Shown in pieces: positions 12,149-24,833 of a stretch of DNA of 64,000 nucleotides; the stretch's first letter is position 1, and every line of letters begins with the position of its first letter. The notes beneath the pieces are model-generated. The model was given only the letters and a program-made list of their open reading frames with translations. It was not told the origin of the DNA and searched no databases. Source of the DNA: Tricharina praecox (taxonomy: Eukaryota); NCBI RefSeq assembly GCF_024521635.1, contig NW_026250417.1, positions 806,001-870,000 of the forward strand. The letters are read 5' to 3'. The position numbers were made by a program, and so were the translations under genes.

Positions 12149-13098
12149 GTCTGCTATGTTGCGACGATGTTCGAAACAGTGGGTGGGTGAAGGTCGGAGG
12201 TCGGAGCTATGTACCAACTAGTAGGTACAGGTAGAGGTAGGTATCTAGAGCTCTCTCTCCAAGCTGAGAGATGGGATATGTACCTAGGATGGGATGGGAG
12301 GGATGTGATGGTGCACGTGGGGGCGAGCATACGTCATTTCCATCCTTGTAGATTTTCAATCCGCTGCACTGCCTGCAGAGGCAGCGGCAGCTTCATCATT
12401 TTCTCTCGTGCTCTCGTGTCTCGTGAAGTTCAATTCGTAAAATTCAATGCAATGCCATCAATACAACCACAACCACTCACTGCCATCTCTTCCCCCCGCC
12501 CACTCCATCCCCGAAATCGCAAAAACCAGATCGCACAAACCAAACCGGTGTAATAGTAATAACACAGCAGCAAGAGCAGCAATAGAGCAGCAATAGAGTA
12601 ATGGCAGAGTAGTAGGTAGAGTATGATAGTAAGGCGGACCTGTGCGTCGGAGAAATCCCAAACCACCCCCCTCCCCCACCAATCTCCAATCTCCAAAGGC
12701 CGGTAGATAAAGCCGTAAAGCCAAATACTCATCAGAAGAAGCGTCGCGAGAATAGAAAAAGAACAAGAAACAAGCATACAACCAAGTTCAAATGCCACCC
12801 AGAATTGCAAAGCAAAGCGAAAAAAACATAACGAAAACGAAATACACCGTCAAAATAAACCCAGCAAAGCCAAAGAGAAAGGGAATAAAACAAATGGAAA
12901 ACCGTGTATGGAAGAAACGACAAAGAAGATTCTCCTGCATCATCAACTATCATTGAATAGAGTGAAAACAAAAGAAGAAAAAAAGGCAAATGGTAGAGAC
13001 TGTTGAACCCGATTTCCTCCAGCGAGGCAGGAGGTAGCAAATACGTCGATAGTCAATACAAGGACAAATCGCCCTGGAAACGGCAAAAACCTGGCAGC

Positions 13099-15209
13099 TC
13101 ATGCATCATCGGCCTTCAGACTCTCTATCGCATTGGCAACTTCCTCGACCGTAGGATCCACCTTCTCCGCTTCGGTTGTAGCTGCAGCAACGGGACTGGC
13201 AACGGCATCCAACGGCGCGGCATGGAGAGCCGGCTTTTCGGGACCCGCATCGCCCTGCTCCAGGCTCGCCTTTCTCCGCTCCATCGCGCCAACAACCCAC
13301 TCCCGCACCTCGGCATCTCCGGGGACAAACACCTTCGGAGCATCGAAATCGGCGCCATTTTCAGCCGCTACTTCCAAGTCCTCGGATTCCTCGGAGATGG
13401 TATCGGGCTTCGTGAGGTCCGCGATCCACGCGTGCTGGAGCAGCATCGCATAGCTGGGTCGCAGCTTCGGAATCTTGTGCAGACAACCCCTCACGAAATC
13501 TCGAGCCGCAAGTGAGAATCCCTCCTCTGGGAGATCCGGTGGTTCGCCGTCAACGATAGCCTAAAACAATCAGTCAACTGGAAAAAACGAAAGCATTGGA
13601 CAACAAAACTTACGCTCAACTGACTGAAGATGTTGTTGTAAGTTTCTGGTGGATATGGATAGCAACCCATGGCGCACTCCAGTAAGCTCAGCCCCAGACT
13701 CCAGATGTCACTCTGAACACCGTAGGTGCCGGCCGGTCCAGCGCCGCCGAGCTGAGCCTGCGTACCACCACTGGCGATCCGCTCAGGTGCCATGTAACTC
13801 TGACAGCCGATATTCGTCTTCGCGATACTCGCAACCAAGTTCCCTGAAACACCGAAATCGCACAGCTTGATATCTCCCCGGGAGTTCATCAGTATGTTGG
13901 TCGGCTTCACGTCTCGGTGGATAATGTCGTGGTCCTCCTTCAGAGTCTTCAGCCCCATAATGGTCGCGTACGCGATCTTCCTGAGAACACCCTCCGGAAC
14001 ACCTCCGCGATACAGCTTATCGATCGATCCACCATCCATGTGTTCCATGCAGATGTACACGGCTCCCTCCTGAAAGAAGGCTCCATAGAAGTCGATGATG
14101 TATGGCGACCTGCACCGATGCAAAACGTCAAGCTCCATGATGATCTGAGCGAACTTGGCCTCGTCGAGCTCCAGTCGGATCTCTTTCATGGCCATGGTGG
14201 TCTCGCTGGGTGTACCGCTGCTGTTGCCGCGCGAGAGCGGTGCGCGCTCTTGCTCCTCCGGCGTCGGGTTGCCGGAAGAGGGCGTCTGAGGCGAGCCGGG
14301 TGAGAACATCGCCTCCCTGGACACGCTCCCCCGCCGAGCAAACCCCTTTCGCTTCGGTCGGTGGATGACCTTGTACACGGTGCCGTAGTTTCCCTTTCCC
14401 AGCTCCTCCAGCGTCTGAATTTCGTCCAACGATATCCTGAAACTGTTGCCCGATGTGAAGTCGACACCCTGACCGTGGAGAACCGCTTTCCCGGGAAACT
14501 TGAGACTTCCAGTTTCCTTGTCGACGAACTGGGCATACTGCTCGAACTTGGATCCAGTGCTGGCGGCAGCGCCGCCTGGGAGCCCGCCCAACGGGCCAGG
14601 TGGTGGTAGCTTTCCGGGGTGAGGTCTCCGCGAGCGCAGTCCAGTAGCTGGAGCACCGTTTCCGACCGGGTTGTCCACCTCGCCCATCGGAGTCGGTGGA
14701 GGGGCCCCACTACCCGGGAGAGCGGTGGGAGCGTTCATCCGTCGTTGTGCAATTGACTGTCCCTGTCGGCCAGGAAGCGTAGGGGCCGAATTCCAGTTCG
14801 AGGGACCGGCCGGGCGACCACCCATAGTCATCCGTCCACCAGCAATCGGCGATCCGCCTCCATTGGGCATCCCTGCGATGACTGGAGACGAGCCCATCCG
14901 CGACTTGTGGAATGCCTGCAACCGAGCCTGAAGGTCCGAATGGCCCGACGAGGTGATTGACGAAGCGAAAGGTTGGTTCGGCAGTGGGGCGCCGCGTCCT
15001 CCAGCTCGCCGAGCGTCGGCGACGAGGCCGAGTGGTGTCGACGATGATGGCTTGAGGGGTGGGTCGGAGATGGAGCGCAGCGAGGGCACACGCGGCTGAG
15101 CCGCTGACGACGAGGGTGTTGGAGAAGGTATCGGGGGTATCGGGGGGATATCAAGCTCATCGTCGGGGCTATCGGTGGGAGTGAGGGGGAATTCTGGGTT
15201 TGGCGCCAT
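13099..15209 (-). CDS. PBS2: MAP kinase kinase of the HOG pathway (Pbs2/Wis1 orthologue); intron 13561-13613
   Basis: Kinase motifs ELGKGNYGTV, AMKEIRLELDEAKF, HRDVKPTN, DFGVSGNLVASIAKTNIGCQSYMAPERI and YPPETYNNIFSQLS|AIVDGEPP, plus a Pro-rich N-terminus. Confidence 0.95.
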
Positions 15210-17161
15210 GGTTGCTGGCGAAGACGCGGCCGCACGAAGGAACACCGGGCGTTCGCCGAGGTCGGCCAGCTTTGCGATTGTGGGTGGATATCGGGGGAAG
15301 CACGAAGTGTAGTGAGGGTGAAGAGCAAGCGGTGGGGGATATTATTGTGAGCGAGAAGCAAGTTTAAATTTGGGGGTTTTAGGTTTGGGGGTTTTGGGGA
15401 GTTTTTCTTTAGGGGGGGGGGATAAAAGTAGGTGCGGGTGGTGGGGGTTGGGTGGTGGATTGTTAGGTTTTTGGATTCGTGACGTTGGTTGTTGTGGCTT
15501 CCCGGTTGTTGTTGTCGCAGCGATGCACAGCGGCCAATGGGTGGGCAGAAGGGAGTGTCGGTAGCAGCAGCAGCGATGGTCGAGCAAGCAGCGAGCAGTA
15601 GAGCAACCAGTAGTGCCGCAAGTATTCGGGGATCGCCGTGTGAGATTATCGATGGGGGGGGTGGGGGAAGAGGAAGTCGTGAAGTGTGAGTTGCGGGTGG
15701 GAGTTAGAGTACGGAGGGCCCGGGAAGAGGAGGGGCACGCGGACGGGCTGGTGGTTGGAGGTGATGGGTGACCTATCGGGTACTGTCGAGGCTTCTTTCT
15801 CTTTCTACGTCTTTCTGTGAGTCTCTCTCTCTGTCTCCGTCTGTCTCTCTCTGTCACTCTCTGTCTCCGTCTCTTTTCTGGGGCGGTCCGATGGGAAGAC
15901 GGGCGACAGGCAGGCGGGTCTCGGGAGGGGGGGGGGGTGTGGTGGGTGGTGGGTGGTGGGTTGTGGGTGGTGGGTGGCTGTGATAGCGGCGAGGGAAGCA
16001 GCACTGTGAATGAACGGCGGATGCGTGGGAGGGCAGGGTGACGATGGGATGGGTGGTATGTATGACGATGACGATGGCGCTCTCTCTCTGTCTGTCTCTC
16101 TCTCTCCGTCACTTGTCCCTTGTCGCTGCGGTCTCTGCGAGAGCGCGTCTCTCTCTCTTTATTTATTTTTCCTTCTTCTGGATGGGCGTTGCGGTGCTAC
16201 TCAGATCCTCTATGACGGAGCGTTGCTTTTGCTTCTTCCCAGGAGTTGGCGGCGGCGTCTGATTGGCCGAAGCGAGGGGGGCGAGATATCGAGTGGGAGG
16301 TAGCTAGCGTTGGAGGAATGCTGCTGCGACCTGGATGATCGCTGGAGAATCTGCTGCACTGCGAGGAAATGTGAATGGCTAAGGGATGCGTGGAAACGAA
16401 AGAAGACGGAGAAGAAGGAGGAGAGCGGGAACCCCAGAGTCTTTGCTTGTTTTTGGTATGTCTGGACTTGAGTCTGTCTGTCTGGACTTGGGCCTGGGGA
16501 TTTTGACACGATAGGGTGAACGGCGGGCCTGCCCGCCTGCCCGCCCGCCCGCTTGCTCAGGTATTTGCTTGGCCGAGGCCGAGTTACCTCCCGCCGGCAA
16601 CGATGTGAATCGTCGAGACTGAATTAGACACCAGTACTTCTGTTTGGTGTGAGTACCTACAATGCACTGTTGAAGCTCGAGTGCTATGTATACACAACAC
16701 CGTCGAGCCTCGAGTATAACTTCACTGTCGAGCCTATCGCCTACCGACTACCACCACGCAGGAATCTCACTCATCGAAATGCGAGATGAAATGCGAGAGA
16801 CGAGTGCAGAGCGAGTACAGTATCTCCGCCCATCGGACTCCGCGGACAACGTCGATAATTCACGGTGGCTTGATCGTGATGATCTGCATCCGAGAGACGC
16901 ACACGGCTGGCATATCCGCAACATCCTGCACGTGACTCGGAATTCGAAATTCACGAAGGCCGAACGATGCGATACATAACCATACTGGAAAGCAGAACAG
17001 AGAAGCCCAAACTTTATGTAGAATGGCAGAAGAGCTCATCCACTCGATCACCATCCATCCGCCCGCCCGCACGCCCGCTGTCCGCCCACTCTGCTTTCCG
17101 TTGTTTGAAGCGATGATGATATTCGCTGACGATGCCGGGCGATGATGACGATGACGATGTC

Positions 17162-17162
17162 G

Positions 17163-17199
<37 letters not shown>

Positions 17200-17201
17200 C
17201 A
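17162..17201. repeat. (GCCAGA)n hexanucleotide microsatellite, about 6.5 copies
   Basis: Directly visible. Confidence 0.9.
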
Positions 17202-18596
17202 ACAAACGGACGAACGACAACGACGAAAGAGCAAACAGACAAACAACCCCCCCCCCAAAAAATACGTATGGAGAAAATTAAATATGATCTTCCCCCGGAG
17301 CCGGATGTCTGCTTGAGCTCACGGACAATATTCCCATTTCCTGCCCGATTTACAGGTGAAAGTCCCTAAGCCCAAAGGTGGAATGGTTGGAATGGCGCTG
17401 TGGCCAATGAACCTGTGGCTTGAGCGATGGACATATGGTAGCTGGCAACAGCGATCACCGCCACTGACCGGTCAAGTATCATATGTATCGGCGGGGGTGG
17501 GGTATGGGGGGGTGGAAGGTGGGGGGGCACGGGGGACCCAGGCTGATGCCCGCCGCCGCGCCGCATTCGTGCTGGCGATGATATTTAAGTTGCGACTATG
17601 CCCGCGGCAGCTGTATGTACTCACAAGCTACATCCACACATCCACACATCCACACAGGACGATGGCCATTTCCATTTCCATGTTCCTCGGACGACGCAGA
17701 CGCGGATCGACGTGCATCCATCCATCCATCCATCCACCCATCCATCCACCCATCGCCGATGCTCAGTGCTCATGAGTGCTCACATCTCGGATCCGACACC
17801 GGTATCCGCGCAACAAAGGCTCGAATAACCGCCGAGCCAGTCATTTCCGATCGCGAAGGGCCCACAGCAGTCTGTTACTGCTAGTACTCACAATAGGCAG
17901 AGAAGCCCTCGGCCGTCCGATCCGATCCGATGGCTGGCCTCTGGCGAGCTCTTGACGGGAGGGGAGATTGCAGAGCTGGCTGCTGGCTCGGATAGCTGAC
18001 TCCCAACCGCTCCTGCTTATGTAACTTGTAAGTACTGGGCCCTCCCTCACCACCGTCGGCCACCGGGCCCTGGGGGTGTATTATGTACATACCGGTACTG
18101 GAGTCCGTGGCCTCGAGCTCCAGCCTCCAGGGCTTTATATATCATACCTATCCCTTGGCTCGTCGGAAAGGACTGGACGTTATGTACTGGTACTTTTACC
18201 TTTGGCCCGACGATGCTAGTCTGGTTCTTCGTGCTTGGGAGTCAAGACATCCATCTGTTGCTGTATTCATTGATCTTTTCCTCGGCCGTCCTGAGCCGTG
18301 AACCTCTCATACGATACGGCCAACTACATAGGTTTTGCTTCAAGTCTGGAGCACTGTTCTCATATCCATACCCACGAGCCCGCTCGCCGGTCGGTCCTCC
18401 ACCCCGAAACCAAGCACTCCCTTGAACCCGAAGGTTGTATGTAAGCAAAGGATCTCGCTCGCTCGCCGAGAACACCGTGCCTGGCACCAGCGTCTAAAAA
18501 CAACCCTCCAATTAGCGCGCCCGCTACTAGTACAGACTCCCGAGCCCAGCGTCCCGACTCCAGAGTCCAGAGTCCAATCCAGAGCCGCTCTTCCAG

Positions 18597-18690
18597 ATTC
18601 CAATTCCAATTCCAATTCCAATTCCAATTCCCACCCCGCATCGTCTTCCCCTTCCCCTTCCCCTTCCCCTTCCCCTTCCCCTTCCCCTTC
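18597..18690. repeat. Adjacent (ATTCCA)n and (CCCTTC)n hexanucleotide microsatellites
   Basis: Directly visible. Confidence 0.9.
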
Positions 18691-20461
18691 GCACTCCCAC
18701 TCCTATACATACATGCGGGCTGCGATACATCAAGATTCAACACGTGTTGAGTCGTGACGAGGAAGTATTAAATAACACAATAATAGCATCGCCCGCAAGT
18801 TGAAGTCGCAGGTCGCAAGCTGCAACTGCCACCTGCAGGACGACGTAATCCCGCCTCTGGCCAATCAAAATTCCCCGCTATCTACATGTAGAGTACGTAG
18901 AGCAGAGTACGGGTTCCCTGCTTTTGCGCAGTACTCTACCTACGTTGCAGTGCAGCACTGTGGGATGATGATACCAGTAACCAGATATGGGGAGTAGAGT
19001 ACACCGATGAAGATGAAGATGAAGGATGAAGGATGGATGGTGGAGGGATGCCATCTCGTCTCGTCTCGTCTCGTCCCCGTCCGCTCCCGTCGGGATCAAA
19101 ATCGAAACAGAAACAGAAACAGAAAAGAGCAGGGTCACTGAGCTTCCTCCCCCCACCCTACCTTCCCCCACCTCCCCTTAGATAGTATGTCTTCCCGAAG
19201 CCGCACCGCCTCCCCGCCGTCGAAGAAGAAGAAGAAGAATACTCCGGGAATCGATTGTGCGGGGATCGGACGGCACGGAGACAACACGGGGATCAGTTGT
19301 TGTCGGGGGAGGGGGGGGGGATTCGTATGCATTCGCCACCGCCCTGGCCATCTTGCGTACGATCGCGCGCACGCTTGCTATGCATGGAGTAGAGCAGATG
19401 CCGGGCGTGATTTTTTTTGCACTGCCACTTGCCGAAGCCGAGAGGTGGCAGGTGTGTACATGGTTGTGACAGGTACATGGTAGGTAGGTGGTAGGTAGTA
19501 GAGTAAGCACCCAATTGGACGGAATGTCCGATGGGCGGTTGTCCGCTGGATGTCCGCTGGATGTCCGCTGGATGTCCGATGGATGGACGGCTGGATGTGG
19601 CACGGATGAGGCGCGAATAGAATACTCTACGTTCACAACGAAGGGTGCTGCGCAAATCGAGTGGCGAGTGTGGTTGGTAGGGTGACATGGGATGTATGGA
19701 TGGGGCTTGCGCGGCTGGCTGGGTGGTGTGTGGTGCGGAGGGTGGTGCGGAGGGACGGGTTGGCTTGTGAAGATGAACGTGAAGATGGAACGTGAACTTG
19801 TTTTGCAGGAGGCGCTTCCGTTGTTCGTTGTTGTGGCGTGAGGAGTGGGGCGTGGGACACGGGGCGTGGGGGTCGGGAATATGGTTGTTCCGTTAGCATG
19901 GCACGTGATTGTGCATCGTGGGTCACTCGAGGCAGTGAATGGATGGGAGGGGAGGGAGGCTCGACTTTCGGCTTGAGGAATGGAATTGGAGGGCTGGGAA
20001 GGGATGGGTTCTGAGGCTGTGCCATGGTTGGATGGGTGCACGGTCAATCTGGCGTGGGTGGTAGTTGAGTTCGAAGCACGATTGCTTCACGGAATGAAGG
20101 TGAGTAGCAAGTGAGCTTGAATGGGTGTTCAAAGGGCCATTGTAATATGACTTGGCTATTCGAGGATGAAGTTAGCCACTCGGATCCCATTCACCCTCGA
20201 TAGGTAGCTCTCAATGACTCCTTGCGAGTGACACTCCATGTCCACGCACTAAAAGCTCTGCTCTGCCACGACGGCTAGGCTTGGAAGCTAACCCTGCGTC
20301 GCATCAAAACAGGCCCTGTACATGCTCCAAACACCTCTATGTACCCCGCCACCAAACAAAGCCCCACCACGACCTCTACAACAACAATCAAAACCTTCCA
20401 GCAACTTCATCAACCCCATCACTGAATCCCCAAACCCGCAACCCCGCAACCACCATTCAAA

Positions 20462-21627
20462 ATGCTTGAGACGATTTACGTAGCGCGCCACGGCGTACGT
20501 CCCCGGCCTCCTCCATCCGTGCAAGCAAGCATCCACAACTAACCAATCCGCGTGGCCCTCCAGTTCCGCAGCAACTGGACGACCGACAACGACGGCAACT
20601 ACTCGGCCACGATCACGTCGCCGACCGGCATCGCCTCGGACCCGCCACTAGCCGCCTACGGCGTCGAGCAAGCCCACGAGCTAGCCACCTACGCTGCCAG
20701 CGTCGACCCCAAGATCGAGCGCATCTACTCGAGCCCGTTCTACCGCTGCCTGGAGACGATCAACCCTCTCGCCGAGATCCTCGACCTGCCCATCCTCTGC
20801 GACAACGGCATCGGCGAGTGGTACGGCGTAGCGCGCTTCGGTACGCCCTCCCCCCACATCCCCCGCCCCCCTCCCATACTAACGTGGAGAGAAAGACCAC
20901 CCCTCCCCCGCAGCACCCGAGATCCTGCACCGCTTCTTCCCGCGCGTGCGCACCAGCTACGACCCCACCATCATCCCGAGCACCAAGGGCGAGACGCTGA
21001 GCGAGATCCACAACCGCACGGCATATGCGTGCGCCAAGATCATTAGCGACATCGACCGCGAGTGGAAGGAGACGGGCACCGGGCCGCGCGCGATCCTGCT
21101 CGTGGCTCATGCCGCCACGAATATCGCTATCGGACGGGTGTTGACTGGTATGTCCCGTCGGGGTGTGGTGATAGCTGGCTGGATAGGGGGCTGACGAGGC
21201 GTGTGTAGGTGACGAAAACCGTGAAATCCGCGCCGGCACGTGCAGCATGAGCATCTACCGTCGGCGGGCGACGACGACACCACCAGCGCCGAACGCGCTC
21301 CCGCTCCCGTCGACCGAGGACCCAATTCCGGACACGAACTGGCGTGGCGGCAAGGGCGTAGTCGGCGGGTGGGACCAGATCCAGAACGGCGACTGCTCGT
21401 TCCTCAAGAACGGCGAGGAGCGGAATTGGTGGTTCGAGGGCGACGAGAGCTGGGATTTCCCCGTCGTCAAGGAGGGCACCGCGGGTGTGGAGGGCGGCTT
21501 GACGGCGGCGATCGAGGGCGGGTTGACGGAGGGCGCTATTGGTGGGCCTGGTACACTGCCTGAGGCGGGAAAGGCCGAGGATACCGCCCACATGCATAAG
21601 GTCGAGAAGCAGCGGAGCAATATCTGA
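20462..21627 (+). CDS. TFC7: Histidine phosphatase (phosphoglycerate mutase-like) protein, TFIIIC tau55/Tfc7-like; 4 exons
   Basis: Spliced product MLETIYVARHG|FRSNW...DPPLAAYGVEQA...IYSSPFYRCLET...GIGEWYG...LLVAHAA...NGDCSFLKNGEERNWWF carries the RHG catalytic motif. Three GT-AG introns. Confidence 0.8.
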
Positions 21628-21888
21628 TACTACTCCTACTCTACGCTACGTGCGCTGCGCTGGGTTTACGGTTGCTTCATCACTACTTGAATCTGCTTCT
21701 TCTTGTTGCTTGCTGGAAGCGTTTGTTTTGATTGTAAAAGTTTCACGATAGACCTCTGGACGAATTTGATATGATATCCCATGCCACTACTCTACTGAAT
21801 GAGTGAGAGCACGTGAAGTGAAGTGAAATGCCAACCCGTTTTTTAAGATCACAATCGCCTATTTGATTCTGCAAATGATTCCGCCCAC

Positions 21889-23144
21889 CTACGCCTTCAA
21901 AATCTCCTCCAAAGCCTTCGCACAGGCATCACCCATCTCACTGGTGCTCGCGCTACCCTGCAGATCCGCCGTCCTCAGCCCGCCATCCAGCACCTTCCTG
22001 ACCGCATCCTCGACCGCCTTCGCCTGCGTCGGCAAGTTCAGACTGTACCGCAGCATCATGGCGACACTCAGGATGGCGGCGACGGGGTTGACGATGCCCT
22101 TGCCGGCAATATCGGGCGCGGAGCCATGGATGGGCTCGTAGATACCGTTGACCTTTGTCTTCCCGTCGGGAATTCCCGACAGCGACGCTGACGGCAGCAG
22201 GCCGAGCGAGCCGGGGATCACGCTCGCCTCGTCGCTGATGATGTCGCCGAACAGGTTGCTGGTCACGACGATGCCGTTGAGCGCGCGCGGGTTCTTGACC
22301 ATCAGCATGGCCGCCGAGTCGATCAGCTGGTGCTGGTACTTGACGGTCGGGAACTCGGTGGTCATGACGTGGTCGACGGTCTTGCGCCACAGTCTCGACG
22401 TGGCAAGCACATTCGCCTTATCGAGCGACGTGAGCGGCAGCGGGGGGTTCTCCGCCATGGCCAGATGGCCCGCCAGGCGCACGATCCGCTCGATCTCGGC
22501 GCGGCTGTACGGCTCGGTATCCATCGCGTAGCCGCTGCCGTCATCTTCGATCCGGTCCCCAAAGTAGATTCCGCCCGTCAGCTCGCGGATGATGTTGAAG
22601 TCCACGCCGCGGCACACCGAATCCTTGAGCGGCGAGTACGCGATCAACGACTCGGACGCGAAGTTGCACGGTCGCAGGTTTCCGAACGTGCCCATTTCCT
22701 TGCGGATGCGGAGGAGGCCCTGTTCGGGGCGCACGGCGCCTGTGCCCCATTTGGGACCACCGACCGCGCCGAGAAGGACAGCGTCTGCGGATTGTGCCGC
22801 CGCGAGCGCGGAGTCGGTTAGGGCCGTGTTGTGAGCGTCGATGGAGCACTGCGTAGGAGTGTTAGACGGGTAAGAGCGGAGGAGCGGGGAGAGGTACGCC
22901 TCCAATGAGCTGGTAGTTGAAGTTGAAGGCTACGTCGGGGCTGTTGGCAGCGATGACATTGAGAGTCTGGATTCCCGGATTGTTAGTGGAGAATGTGGAG
23001 GAGGAAGGATGGCGTCTACCTTGATGGCCTCCGCGATGACCTCGGGACCGCAGTGGTCACCTATTATCGTTAGGCGAAGTGCAATTGATCAACTCCATCA
23101 CCTGACTAACCCTCAAACACCACGATGTCGAAAGTCTGAACCAT
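21889..23144 (-). CDS. LEU2: 3-isopropylmalate dehydrogenase; three short 5' exons plus a long final exon
   Basis: [25 protein letters not shown]|...LIGG|CSID...[13 protein letters not shown]...[10 protein letters not shown]...[14 protein letters not shown]...[12 protein letters not shown]...[15 protein letters not shown]. Confidence 0.97.
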
Positions 23145-23514
23145 GTTGTCTTGCAGTGTACGGGTTGGCAATTGAATTTGCAGTAGGGAAGGAAAGCGTG
23201 TGCGTGAGTATGGCGAGGGAGGGTGGGCGGAAGGTTGTTGGGTGTGTAGCCTTTGGTGGGGTGGACCGTAGCTTGGCAGCGGGGTTTGAGTATCTAATGC
23301 GATGGCAGACTTTCACAAGCGAGAAGACCCCACGATGCTTTGCCGATCGGGCGCGTGTACCGTAGAAAGTGCTAGTTAATCTACTTATGCAAAGGTTCGA
23401 TTGATGGGTGGTGTCCGAAAATCACTGAAAATGCCTCCCTTCCCCGAACGCCAAAAACACCAACACCAAAACCATGCTATCAATCGGTAAAAGCAGTACG
23501 AGTGAATGTGGACC

Positions 23515-24355
23515 CTAACGGAGCTGGAGCTCCTGCAGCATGCTGATGTTCGTGTACTCGATTTCGCCGGGCGCAGATCCGGGGCTGTTGATGCCATTAG
23601 CAGTCAGCGATCAACACCTACAGTTCGGGGAAGCGCAGGGAGCCCTACGTTTCGGCAGCGTAGATCTGGAGTCCCCTAACATGCGTATCCTTTCCATTCT
23701 GATGATTCGCGTGGATGGCGACTTGAATCAAGAAAGTCCTGAGCTCGCCATCCTCATGCACATCATCCAGCCGCACTTCAATCCACCCAGTCGGTCGTTC
23801 CAAATCTAGCTTCGTAACCTCAATAAGATCATGAAACCCCGTTCCGCTGAGTACACTCATCTTCGTTGGCGTGTAGCTCTCATCGTTCTCGAAGTCGAGG
23901 TACATCCTGATGCGCTTCACCTTGACGCGCTTGGCGAAGTGGATGTTGATGTGGTGTGGTTGCGGTCCATCGCTCTGCCAGAACAGTGTGGTGTCTTCGT
24001 CACGCAGCTGCTCTACGCCGTTGCCCGGCTTCGCGGTGGACACGGTCCAGGAGGCGAGGTTGCCGATTTCCTTGAGGCCCACAAGCGAGTCTAGACCTTT
24101 CGCCGCGGCATCTGTGGAAGTTGCCGAGTGGACATCTCCATCATATTCCTCCTCCTCCTCTTCCTCCTCCTCATCTTCGAGTTCTTCTGGCTCGTCAGAG
24201 TCCTCGAGAGGCGTAGTGGGGTCGCGTTGTGTAGGTGCGGCGGACATGTTATCCGAGTCGCCTTGCGAGATGGTTTCCTGGTCGGCGTGGGAGTCCTCTT
24301 CGGATTCGGAGGGGGGCGGCGGTGCGCGGCGACGGGATATGCGGTGGAAAGGCAT
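23515..24355 (-). CDS. APC10: Anaphase-promoting complex subunit 10 (Doc1) with an acidic N-terminal extension; terminal intron about 23585-23648
   Basis: DOC domain LKEIGNLASWTVSTAKPGNGVEQLRD...FWQSDGPQPH...DESYTP...NHQNGKDTHVRG. The spliced last exon gives ...SMLQELQLR*, matching the IR/LR tail of Apc10. Confidence 0.93.
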
Positions 24356-24833
24356 TTCAGTGGAGTGGGTGGGGTTTGGACCGACGACTCGGAGTATTTG
24401 GTGGTGTTGATAAGATTCGGGGATGACGCGCTTGATAGGTTCTCAACGCTTAGGCACGTGACCGCGCTAGCTCCCTAGTAGGGCTGTGAGAACAGCCTAA
24501 CTGTATCGTGGATATTCACGCTCGAGGAAACCAAGGACACGCTTGAAAGTTGTCAAGCCTTCGACAAAGCCATTTTTCTTTCGGCAACAATTGAGGGGCC
24601 GTATTTATGGAAACAGCATCGAATACAGGCAGTTAGGCATACCCAAACACTACAAATCATCATTCTGCCCAGTAGAGGTATCATCACACCAATCCAAAAA
24701 ACAGAAAGAAAAGGAACAAGGGGAAAAGAAACACCAAACACCATTTTTCCAATCCCTCCCTTTTCTGCACCCACCACACCCGGCCTAAAAGAAAAAACTG
24801 AGGACGAAACGAGATGGTAATAGAAACACAGAA

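Noticed and set aside
21616..21627. C-terminal SNI of the TFC7-like protein as a peroxisomal PTS1
   Set aside because: It is a poor match to the (S/A/C)(K/R/H)(L/M) consensus.
23145..23514. Leu3/LeuB site upstream of LEU2
   Set aside because: Only CCGATCGG (2-nt spacer) is seen, not the CCG-N4-CGG consensus.
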